Part shown: positions 50,186-61,418 of the stretch, in pieces | Numbering within the stretch: position 1 is the stretch's first letter | Layout of the letters: each line of letters begins with the position of its first letter | DNA from: Lepidodermella squamata | Lineage: Eukaryota; Animalia; Gastrotricha | Reading direction: 5' to 3' | NCBI GenBank assembly: GCA_047495785.1 | Contig: JBLDXI010000036.1 | Coordinates: forward strand, 434,001 to 498,000 | Length of the DNA stretch: 64,000 nt | The notes under the pieces: generated by a model | The model's input: the letters and a program-made list of their open reading frames with translations, nothing else | Databases searched by the model: none | Told to the model about the DNA's origin: nothing | Position numbers and translations under genes: made by a program

Positions 50186-50920
50186 CTACTTCGACTCCAG
50201 GGCTTGTTGAACCGGGTTTGCCAGAATACTGTATATCATAGCTTGCAGCTCCAGGAACACACCCTCTGGAATACAGAAGCCATCTGGGGTGAATTCAGCT
50301 TTCTCTTCCGATCTTTTGTTAAGAATTCGTACATCAACGTACGCACGCGGCGATCCGTCTGGGCGAAACACACGAGCATGTAATAGTCCGATAATTACGT
50401 ACCTCGGTCCGTTACGAGCTCCGTTACGAGTCTTGAGGTCGCGCTTGACTTTATCGACCCAGCCGTGAGATCCTTCAACTTGCATAGTTTCATAGAGCAT
50501 TCGTAGCTCCTTAGCCGATAGCCAGAGACCCTTGCGGAGGTAGTAAAGTTTGTTTGCTTCAATGGCATGCCCGATGTAGAATTCAAGATCGGGTAGGTAC
50601 TCGTTCAACTGCCGGCGCAGAATAACAAACGAGTGATCTTTGTGACTCGTAACCGTCTGCAGTGAAACAACATACTGAGCTCGGTGGAATCTACAGATTT
50701 CATCGAAAGGTGAAGACCCATCGCCCCAGACTCGATCAACGTATCCTTGAGGTGGTAGCAATGGCCCGTCGGTATGTACCATTTCACTTGCTGCTTTCAT
50801 CAATATCTCATCAGATAGTTCGAACGCAACAGCTTTCAGCAAGTTTGCATCATTCGATGGTGACGACGGGGGCGCAACATGGTCGGCTTCCTGTACTGCT
50901 TGACTGCTAGAGCTTGCCAT
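50186..50920 (-). CDS. Putative tandem PC4-like ssDNA-binding / coactivator protein
   Basis: FVILRR...LRKGLWLSAKELRML and AYVDVRIL...FTPDGFCIPEGVFLEL both resemble the PC4 motif YVDIR...PxKKGISLxxEQWxxL. Confidence 0.55.
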   Translation of the reverse strand: MASSSSQAVQEADHVAPPSSPSNDANLLKAVAFELSDEILMKAASEMVHTDGPLLPPQGYVDRVWGDGSSPFDEICRFHRAQYVVSLQTVTSHKDHSFVILRRQLNEYLPDLEFYIGHAIEANKLYYLRKGLWLSAKELRMLYETMQVEGSHGWVDKVKRDLKTRNGARNGPRYVIIGLLHARVFRPDGSPRAYVDVRILNKRSEEKAEFTPDGFCIPEGVFLELQAMIYSILANPVQQALESK

Positions 50921-51571
50921 TGTAACTAGATTGATCCTGATAGCTGCGAGTATAAAAACAAAACTTTTTAGTATCTATAAGCCGAACTTAGGCGCTTATA
51001 TACACGTCCAATTTGATGATCCAGGCATCGTCGCCGCCGCCGCCGCCGCCATTTTGCTAGTTCCCACCGTCTACCCCGATGTCTGCAATGTGTTCTTGAG
51101 ACATGATCGGTAGGCTTGATAGACATATATCTCGTAACCAACCTAATTGGCGCTGAATAAATAGGTAGACAAAATCAAAGTCAGAGCACAATTACTTTTT
51201 ATTTTTCAAAGCTTATTTGCTTTCCAACTCGATCTGTTTACTTTTCAACACTAAAAATGAATAAGGAAGACCTTACCGCCATGTGAGTGCTTTTGTGATA
51301 GAGCCCAGGTAGTCAGTTTGACCATACATACTTTATTTTCTACTACAGTGAAAGCAGGTTAAATGAACTGAGTTTTCGGTTACATTTCATCAAACATTTG
51401 ATACCTCAACTATCATCGCATACAGCACGATTCCTTGAAGACGCCGAGGAGGTCATCTTCCGACTACGTTTCGGATTGCTGTTGGCGTCAGAGCAGATAG
51501 CTAACCCGTCACCCCTCAATACGAAGCCCTGGGCTCAATTCTTTAAATGAACTACTTAATATTAACTTTGA

Positions 51572-51981
51572 TTTTGCTTTGGTGTGAAATAAAACGGTTT
51601 GGAATGTATCGTTATACAGGTCAATGACACTTATTTTACCCCGCTAGATTTTGTGGGGCGATCCGAACCCTCCAGACGTTGTTGGGGCGATTCAACCCCA
51701 CCAGACACCGTGAGGACATTTCCGCCCCTCTAGACATAGTTGGGGCAAATCAACCCCGCTAGACGCATCGGGAACATTTTCATCCCGCTAGACACCGTGG
51801 GGACGATTCAATCCCAACAGACACCTTCGGGACATTTCCACCCCTCCAGACACCGTGGGGGTTAATTCAAATTTGACTTCTATCCCCGGAGGGGCAATTC
51901 TTCCCCCTAACCCTAACCCTAACCCTAACCGTCACTTTGGTCATGGTCCAGGGGGAATCACCCCTCCCCCTCCTAACTACT
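51572..51981. repeat. Maverick right terminal inverted repeat
   Basis: Inverted copy of 33755-34164, ending ACTACT and followed by the TSD AATGCA. Confidence 0.95.
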
Positions 51982-52596
51982 AATGCACATGCCTTCCTTC
52001 ATCAAGTCGAATCCGAAAACAACAGATATATGGAAATAAATGCAATATCTACCAGTTGCAACCATAAAATTTACACTTTGAACAGACAGCAGCTAGAGAA
52101 CTCAGCATTACGAGATGTTATTCTTTCATTTCGAGCAGGCATGGAAACACTTTTGTGATCGGCCAAACTGGACAGAAAATTTTGAGTCCGCTGTTTCGTC
52201 AATATTATAAGGGTTTGGGTCGCATTTCAGTGAGAAATAATCAAAATATGCGTTCGCTTCGCACACATTTACCGGCCCACATAAATCCCAACCAAGATAA
52301 AAATTTAAAACTTGCGGGTTTGCCGCGATTATTTCACCTCTATTTTTCAATTTATTATTTAAATTTGTTTTTTCTTGAAATTATAATATATATCCGAAAT
52401 TAATTTTTAAAATTAAGCACGTGTTTTCAAGTTGTTTGAAGTTTTCTAGTTTTTGTGGTATCTCGGGTGCGCGGCGTGCAGGGTTTATGTAAGTTCACAA
52501 AGGAAGCCACTGGCTTCCTTTGTGAACCAGGCAATGAACCAGGCCGCACACCAGGGCCAATGAGACTTTCGGGACATCAACCAATGTCATTTCCTC

Positions 52597-52898
52597 ATAA
52601 GAGTGAAAGAAATTTTTGAAAAATATGAGAAAATGACGCTTCTCTGCATTTTTGGTTAATTGTGCTGATCTGTTGATCTTTTGCAACTTGGCATCTCGCA
52701 TCTCCCTTGAACTGAATTGTTTGAAATCGAAACATGCGAAGTGAGATTAACAACGTCGGCTGATTTTTGCCGGATGAACAATGAACATTCATAGATCTTG
52801 CGTTTTGCAGTTAACCGTATGTATGCAGGCAATAGTTAACCAAAAATGCACAGAAGCGTCATTTTCTCATCTTTTTCAAAAATTTCTTTCACTCTTAT
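52597..52898. mobile_element. Foldback MITE with ~65-bp TIRs
   Basis: ATAAGAGTGAAAGAAATTTTTGAAAAA...GCATTTTTGGTTAA is inverted at ~52836-52898. Confidence 0.75.
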
Positions 52899-54291
52899 TT
52901 TTATGATTTATTTTGATTTATAAGCCTGAAAATTTCCTCGCTTCGCTGGTATTGTTGGTATAAAAGTTACATGTAATTTTTACCAATGCGGGACAACAAT
53001 TTACCCTTTGAGATAGGTAACTACCGTAAATCGTTCGTAACAACCAATCGTTTGCTTAAAAAAGACCCCGCTTTTACCCTTGCGGGTAAAGGGGACCGTG
53101 GACGACGAGGGATCAGCAGCCTGCTTTTATTCCCAAATTCATAATTCTCAATTCTTAAATACGCGGTTAATTTTTTCAGTTACTAATTCGAATTAAATTT
53201 TTGAATTCAGGAAAAGAGGTCCTTGAAGGCTTCATAGTCTGCATTTCCACCACACTTCAAAAAAAAATTGGATAAGAGGGCGGAGACGTTGATTTAACTT
53301 GATTCAGACAATTTTGATGTTTATTTTATTTGCAAATGATTCAGCCCCTTGATTTACCTTGGAGCATGGAGTAATGAAGGAGCCGCAAAATCGACCGAAA
53401 AAATTATCCTTTGCATTCGCCGATGCCTCAACTTGGGCGCGAAACCTGTCGCATCAACAACGATCCGGTAGAACAGTTTTTTCGGTTGTAGTCGCCGCCT
53501 GTCGATGTTGCGGGTGTACCAACAAACCGCGCGGCTTCGATTTGTTGGAAGCAGTTTTTCGCTCTCCAGGGGCGTCAACATCAAGGACCAGTCTTTCCTT
53601 TCCCTGCCTATGACTGAAATGCGTCGGGAATTGAAAGAAGTCGCAAGCCGACTGGCGAAAAATGATGTGACTCTACAACAGCCTCTTCCCTACTTCCCTA
53701 CAGGCTGATCGTCGACGAAGAGTCAAATCGGAACATCGCCGGCTACATCACGGTTAAAATAAACGCGAAAGGAGTCGCTGGTAAGAAACTAGCTCAAGAT
53801 CTCACCCAGCCAACACCCTCAAACAGCCGAGGCGGATTGGCAAGGCACAACCGGGGTGTGCTGTCTATCGTCAATCATGCCACTTATGATTAGATGTTAG
53901 CAATAATGACTAGAATTGAACTGAAGAGAGCAAATTAAACGATAAATAGTGAAAAATAGGAATCCCATGTTAGGAATGGGGAATGGTGGCAGCTTTCTTT
54001 CATCAGCTGCTAGCTGAATTTATGAAAAATTGCACTCAGCTTCACTCGGTTACCTCTCACAGTTTTTAGCCGTTATTTATGCCAAATGATGCTTGATGGC
54101 TATTTAAGGATTAAATTATCTACTCTTTGTTGAATCAGTAGCTCTACCGCCCTCAATGGCTAAGTGCTCACTTAACGATCGATTCTAATGTTCACAGAAA
54201 AAGTCGTTGTCGAGAATCCACCGAGCAAATTTAATTCATTCTTCCATTTTATTCGTTCATTTGAAGTTAATTTTCTCTCCAATTTTTTATT

Positions 54292-54607
54292 ATGCCTAAG
54301 CTCTGTCTTGTAATCATTGTTTCGGTAAGAATTTCTGTCAGAGATGAATGAATTCTCGATGAAAGTGAAGGTTTTTCAGGCTGCAATTGTAATTGTATCG
54401 GCCATCAAGCCAGGCGACAAATGTGAAAATCAAGGCGCACAGGGCCGTTACGAGCGCGATGAAACAGGTTCTGCTTGGATTTGCGCAGTGGAAGAGGGAC
54501 GTGAAGGTGGGCGGATAGGCAGGGAGTGTACGACAAGTAATGGCAAGCCTGGCAGAATTACGTTAGGCGACGGTGGTTGGTATTGCCGAGCAACTCATCA
54601 AGGATGA
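54292..54607 (+). CDS. Secreted Cys-rich double-peptide precursor, copy 6
   Basis: MPKLCLVIIVS|AAIVIVSAIKPGDKCENQGAQGRYERDETGSAWICAVEEGREGGRIGRECTTSNGKPGRITLGDGGWYCRATHQG. Confidence 0.78.
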
Positions 54608-55712
54608 ATGTAACGCTGCTGCTGCTGCTGGATACGATGAGGAGGAGCAGCAAGATGAGTAATTGGAATATCCGTGACGAGTTGTTTCAAATCGCCAAAA
54701 CGCCTAATCTTGAAGAGGCCCGTTTGTTCAATAAAATAAGGCATGAGACTTTTCTCAGCGAAATGCCAGGCTTTGTCCATAGCATGTCGTAGTTTTATTT
54801 ATATAGGCCCTCCGCCGGCCGGCGCTATAGGCACAAATGAATGACATCGGAGTATGAAAATATATTGCCCCCATGCTATCTAGGGCTCGTAGCATTTATA
54901 GATTGAACATTATCATAATTTCGAGTTTTATGTTATTGTTTTATTTTTGTATTTTAGTTTTTGTCGATTTTTGTTGGCTTATTGTGCGTTTTTGTAGAAA
55001 GGTAGAAAAGTCGATCGAGGGTTCGGGCTCGTTGCGCAAATTGAGTAGGCTGAAAATTATCAAAGGTGGTTAACGGCAATAATTAAGGGCTTACAGGCAG
55101 GGCTATTCCAGCTCATCCGACTCATCCGGCTCAGGTTCCGAAAGGCTCAAGGCTCAAGGTCAGGCTCATGACGACTCAGGCTCAGTCTCAGGGCTCTGTA
55201 AGGCAAGGCAGAGATCAATTCATTAAACGGTAAGCTTACATATTAATCGGGCTGGCTCGAGAGGGGCTCAGAAGGACGAGGATCGCAAGGGCACCTAAAG
55301 GAATACAGGAAACCACAGGCTCACATTAGTTTTAGGGAAAATGTCGGTGATGAGGCGGCAGGGCTTAGCCGGGGCACTAATGCAGTCACGCAAGTGCCAA
55401 GCTGGACAGTCCTTACATATTTAATTTTTTTGTAATATTTTTGTGAAGTTGCTTTCTGCGATTGTCATACTGTGTGGAAATCAGGCAGATACCAGACGGA
55501 ACATTTTACAGTACGCACAACAAATAAGGCCCCCCGCTGGTTAAGGTCATCGGAAAACGCAAAAATTCGAGCCGCAATTTTCACCCGTATTATTTTTGTA
55601 ATATTTATATTTCTTATAATTAAATGAAAAATATTTATTACATTAAAATATTGCTGAACTCTTCAGCTATTACTCAAATTCACATTGAAGGTATTGTATA
55701 CTTTTCTAACAG

Positions 55713-55946
55713 GCTGTGTTCAGCACTGTCTTGGTATCGGCATGGATATCATGGGGTGACAGCTGCTATTTGGGCAGGAGAAAAGGAAACGGCCACTACG
55801 AGAAAAATGCAAGTGGCGACCGATGGGTGTGCATCCCGGCGACTCGACGATCAGCCGACTTCGACAAAGGCTCCTGCACGGAAAGCACCATCCATCACGA
55901 TGAAACGGTCCGGTTGATAATCGCAATCTTCGACCGACTCAGATGA
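55713..55946 (+). pseudogene. Peptide family copy 7: duplicate of copy 5 exon 2, no exon 1 visible, frame-changing deletion in the tail
   Basis: 55675-56125 is nearly identical to 30915-31380; upstream sequence is unrelated repeat DNA. Confidence 0.7.
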
Positions 55947-56906
55947 GCTAGGATGAGCTAGGATGAGACACGAGGCGAGGTCTTGAAAAGCTCGAGGTTC
56001 AATCTAGATATCATAGATCGCCTGTATAGCAGGCGGGCAGTGTTTGACGAGTCGGTTTGAATAAAGAATAGGATTTTGTCTTGCTAGGATTCTTAACTCG
56101 TCTTCAGTGTCATCATAAGCTAGCAAAATAAAATAAATATCCTATGCCTAACTTAAAAAACATAGCTATGCCTAGTAGCCATTATTAGAATACGTAAATG
56201 GTAAATGTTAAGCTGGATGTTACCTGGTCTAAAATCTATCATCTTACTTCTGCGCAGGATCTGTTCCCACGTTGCTGTAGTTTGGCTGAATGTTGAAAAC
56301 TGGTTATTCCCTTCCATTTCATCGCTCGGCTAAGCGGCGTAATCATCATCGATGGAAATGCAGGAGTATCAAACAATGTTGTAATGCTCCTGCCCACCGG
56401 AAATTGGAGAACAAAGTTTCTTCCGATATTTTCTGACCTGTGCGTATAAGGATCCTCGAACAGAGTACAGTTCTCCCCCGATATAAGCAAAGAGGCGGGG
56501 TCCAAGCGATTGTTCGAAGGTTGCTCTTATAGAGGGCTCCGACTTGATCCTTTTTTAAAGGACAGATCCGTTTCCTATAGACACATGTTCGTAGTGACAT
56601 GTGAGCTAGTATAGAGAATTTTTTTTGCTTAACCCTCCAGCGCCTACGACGTGTATGCACGCGATTTTCACTTTAAAATGCCCGAAAAATTCAGATTTTA
56701 TCGATCAGCCTTTTCTTTCCACCTGATCATTTATTATTGATTCGATGATTTCGATAAAAAATTTCGACCTCGACAAACGTTTGCTGAAGTTGGCAAGTGC
56801 CTAAACGCTGGTTTACACGCTCATGGTGCGTCTTAACTGCGTGTTGAACCGCCACAATTGCCACACGCAGCTAGTTTGAGTTGCGTCATAAGACGCCAAA
56901 GACATT

Positions 56907-59692
56907 TGAAGGGTTGATATCCCTGACCTGGTTCGGGGGTAGAGTAGCAATTAGACTGAATGTGCTGATACAAAAGGCAGTTTAGTAAATCAGATCAACT
57001 CGAATGATTTATTATTATTATTTGATTGCTTTTATAGCCATTAAGGCGCGAAATAAATAATTAATTAGTTACATAACAGAAAGGCGACACGTGCTATTGC
57101 TGGCACGAGCGCTGAGCTGAAAATTAATGATGAAACGGGCAGAGAGCACCTAACGACCCTCTCATATGCCCCTTTCCTCACAAGAAAACGTCTTACGTTT
57201 TTATCAAAAAGATAGATCACGGAGAAAATAGATTGTAATATTCATAAACAGTTAAGAATTATATGAGATATCAGCGGAGATCAGCTTCAGCTGAGGTAGC
57301 TATCGATTAGTTAGTCAGACCACCGTCGTATGCAACTGTTCGAGTTCCTTGCCGAGTTTGATCGAGGCTTGTCGTCAGCTTCAACGGGAACGGGAACGGC
57401 GAACGGCTTGACGGGTGGGTTGACGGTGACGTAGCAGCAATGGGAAGCTATCCAAGACTTTTAGCTTTCAAACAAGATTGTTGACCTTTGCGCGATGCAA
57501 TATCGAATTCACACACCACACAGGCTGGCGTCGCATGCAGACATCATTTCTGTATCAACCATGCACGTTCTTAACTGCGATACCACAACAGATTCACTCT
57601 GTTAGCAGCCATCGCCACATCCTTAACACCTATGATGACAGAGCTACTGCCCCAACAGATTCCTTTCTGTCAGCTGTCATCAGACTTTCTCACTTCAACA
57701 AGTGAGACGATTTCATTTCTTCCACTTTCCTGGGCCAATGACACGAGAGCATTTTGGTAGTTACGAAGATCTAGCCTTGTTACTCCGTTGCCATCCAGAG
57801 AAGGAGTTGAACCATGAAATATCTAAAGCCTTAACTCGCCTAACTAAGAGCTCACATAGCCCAAACACACTTCACTTTTCAAATTCACTTTTCACATTTC
57901 ACATTTCACATTTCATTGCAAACCTCAGTCTCAGCGAGACATATCTGAAATTTCTGATAGGTACGAAGCTCTATGCAGTTTCAGCTGTCGTAGCCAAGTC
58001 TAGGCTCATATTCGGCTCCCTGGTACCAAAGGGTTGGCCGAATATCTAGGTCAAACAATCCTTTACAACGCTCATATCATAGCTTTCATCTCTTTCAAAT
58101 TCTTCACACTCTTTTTCACACACTATCGTATCGCATCTGTCATGAGCTGTTAGCTTCATGAGTGAGTTCATATGACAGTTTTCGACCGTATTGCCATTAA
58201 TGTTAAAGTTCTTGAGCATTGGCCGTGTTGAAGTTATGAGCCATGTTCATCCACCGATGATTCTAAGAGTCAAATCGCGTCAAAAAATTACAGTCATCGG
58301 ACTTCGCAATATTTTCCTTTAAGCGAAATTGATTTTTACCTCCAAGGTTATTTTTTTCGTTTATTCACGATAAAAAACTAGATTTTCGAGTTCAATAAAA
58401 AGAAAATTCGATTAAAGAAAATAGTTTAACAATATTATGAATGAATTTACGACGCGTGCCAAATGAAAATTGCACTGCCATTGACGGCGAAAGATTGAAT
58501 ATTTACACTAGTTTTTTTACGAGAATGGTTTTATTTACATCGTCGATTCGAAGCGCTAATACGCTTCCGCCTCGGAGCCCACTGATTTCTTTTGATAACG
58601 GCAGAAAATGTCATCATTTGTCACTCTGATGACTTTCAGTATTTCCATTTGCGAGATGAATTCATCAATAGGGTCAGTTGCTTTTACCAGCTCTTTTATG
58701 GAGACTTGAACAACGTGTGGGTTTATGTGAACAGCGTTTGGTTTTACTTCCGGGTTAGCCATTTTCTCACCATCGGAATCAATATTGTCCCGGTTCATCG
58801 ACCGAGACTTTTCATAGCTGGTCAAGTCAACTTCATTCATTTCAAGTCAACCGAAGTGCTTTCACAGATAATCCAGAGGATTTACAGAAGATGGTTATCA
58901 CGACTTTTGAGCCTTCTGAAATAGACTTTTCTTTTTCGAGAAAGCTTGTTAAAATTATTTGCATGTCGAGTGATAGTTTCTACCAAAATTGCTTCGGAGG
59001 CTAGCTGCTCTATATGGCACCAGACTCAACAATTTTGAAACTAGCTGAGAGAAGAGTTAACTTCTTTTTAAATTTGGTGACATAATTTATGAGCGAAAAG
59101 CAACAAAAAGGCGGAAAGTCAGTGAAACAGACAGCCTTTAGTTTATAGGCACATAAAATCGAGGGGCTGGAATTTCCTTCAGTCCTAGAGCTTTAAATTT
59201 GGCTGGATTGGCCTCTATTGAAAGAGAATAGTAAAATGGGCTGAAATTTCCTTCAGACTTGAAATATCTGCTGGAATGACCTTCAGCTTTACAAAACTTA
59301 TGACTGGAATGGCCTTCAGTCTCTATTATTTATCGGCTGGAATTTCCTTCAGTCGCTAACAGCTTACCACTGTTAGAAAAACGTACCTGGTGATGATGGG
59401 GTCGATCGTTGATCGAGCGGGGTCTCGGCGCCACTGAAGGGTTGATATCCCTGACCTGGTTCGGGGGTAGAGTAGCAATTAGACTGAATGTGCTGATACA
59501 AAAGGCAGTTTAGTAAATCAGATCAACTCGAATGATTTATTATTATTATTTGATTGCTTTTATAGCCATTAAGGCGCGAAATAAATAATTAATTAGTTAC
59601 ATAACAGAAAGGCGACACGTGCTATTGCTGGCACGAGCGCTGAGCTGGAAATTAATGATGAAACGGGCAGAGAGCACCTAACGACCCTCTCA
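56907..59692 (-). mobile_element. Non-autonomous LTR retroelement with 258-bp LTRs
   Basis: LTRs 56907-57164 and 59435-59692 (TG...CA, one difference seen), 5-bp TSD ACATT, minus-strand PBS TGGCGCCGAGACC, PPT GAGGAAAGGGGC. Interior is degenerate with no RT. Confidence 0.9.
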
Positions 59693-61418
59693 ACATTAAT
59701 TAGAGCAAACTTTTTTTTCAATTTTTTTTAAATTTAAATTTTTTAATTTTCAAGCTGAATGATTGATTCATGCTAAAATTGAATGCATGCTAATGCGCTG
59801 AATAAATTTTTAACGCGGACTTTTTATTTCAATTTTTACGCTATTTTCACAAGGGTATGACCCTTTAGCACCCCAAAACGTTGTTTCAGATAGAGCGCAT
59901 GTATGAATAGCAGTATTCCCTTAATTATTGTTGATTTTAGCGAAGATCCTGCCGAATCACCTTTCCGAATAATAAAGGTGAAAATCACGAATAAAATTAG
60001 CATTGGGCGTGTTAAGACCCCTCAATTTTTGCGTATCCAGACCTCTCATTAGCGTTTCGAAACGTCTTAGTCATTTTTTTCGCAACTTGCGGGTATAGAC
60101 GTTGAGATTCTGAAGATTGAATACCGCATTTGTGTTAACAGCAGTGTGCGAAGTAGGATTTTCGAGCTGGTGTGTTCCTAATATTGAGCAACACAAAAAT
60201 TGCACTCGCTCGCTTCGCTCGCTCGCAAAATCAGTAAGATTTACTCAGCATGGGGGACAATTAGCTATGATTTTAACCCATGAAACGAGCGAAGCGAGAA
60301 ATTTTTTCCATTTTTTCGGTAAAAAGGGGTTCCAAACCCTCCTAGCATGTGTTAGTTTTATTTTGTGTCAAACCCTCCTAAAATTGACTATTTACAGTCG
60401 TCCGTTTTCTTCCCATTGTCACATTGTTATTTGGCTCAAATAAGGGCTCTTTACTTACGCCACGTCTCAAATTCTCGAAACTAAGAAAAAAAATATAAAA
60501 TTTGCAGTTTTTGGAAACATAATCGAAAAGCTGGCTAGCGGATGGTCGACCTGCACTGCCCAGCCTAGCACCTACGCCGCAATGTCGCCCCTCACAGGCG
60601 CAAAACAAGAGAATCACAGATTTCTTGTTCCAGAGCCTGAGCCTGAGCCTGAGCCTGGCATCCAACACCGGATTCTTGAGCCTGAGCCCTGAGCCTTTGA
60701 GCCTTTAGCGATATGAAGAGCGTGGTGTGATATGGGTGATTATGCATCATAAGCCGTTTTCATATGAGTTAATCCCTGCCTTCGATCTTTTCAGAAAATC
60801 CGCCTTGAGCCCTAGCCACAATAGCCCTGAAATGAGCCTTTCATCATGCCCGTCACAGCCGCGAAGGTCGACCAACGAATCAACAATTTTCTACTTTTCT
60901 ATTCAAACCAAAATTGAAAAAAACCGGCAAACAAAAAAAATTATATACATAAACAATAATAACTATACAAACTCATATAATCGTGATTCATGCGTGTTCG
61001 ACTAGAGCCCTGATTAGCATGGGGGCGAGTTATTTCTGTAATCTCTCTAACACATGTGCCAATTGCGTCGAAAGGCGGAGGGCCTATAATAATAAAACTA
61101 CAACATGCTAAATAAACACGTTCTGTCGTTTTTATCATTCTGTTTAGACACTTTCGTAAGAAGTTTCCAAAATGATAAGAAATATTTTTATACTTTTCCG
61201 TCATTTTATTCATAATCTCACAATCAGGTGCATTTTGTTATATCATTCATCACTAAAAATTAAAAAAAAAACAACTTGGGGTACTACGTTGAATGCAAGA
61301 TAAGTAACTCCTTGCAAGAAGATAAAAATAGTTAATACACCATTTCCTCCTGTTCTTGATTCCATTACTAGTTACTGTGAATATTTCACCTAACCTTTTC
61401 AATACTTTCTGTAAAGTA

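Larger units (their letters stand above)
33755..51981 (-). mobile_element. Maverick/Polinton (adintovirus-like endogenous virus), apparently intact, 18.2 kb
   Basis: Termini AGTAGT...ACTACT, 6-bp TSD AATGCA (33749-33754 and 51982-51987), ~410-bp TIRs. Encodes pPolB, integrase, ATPase, protease, MCP and penton. Confidence 0.97.
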
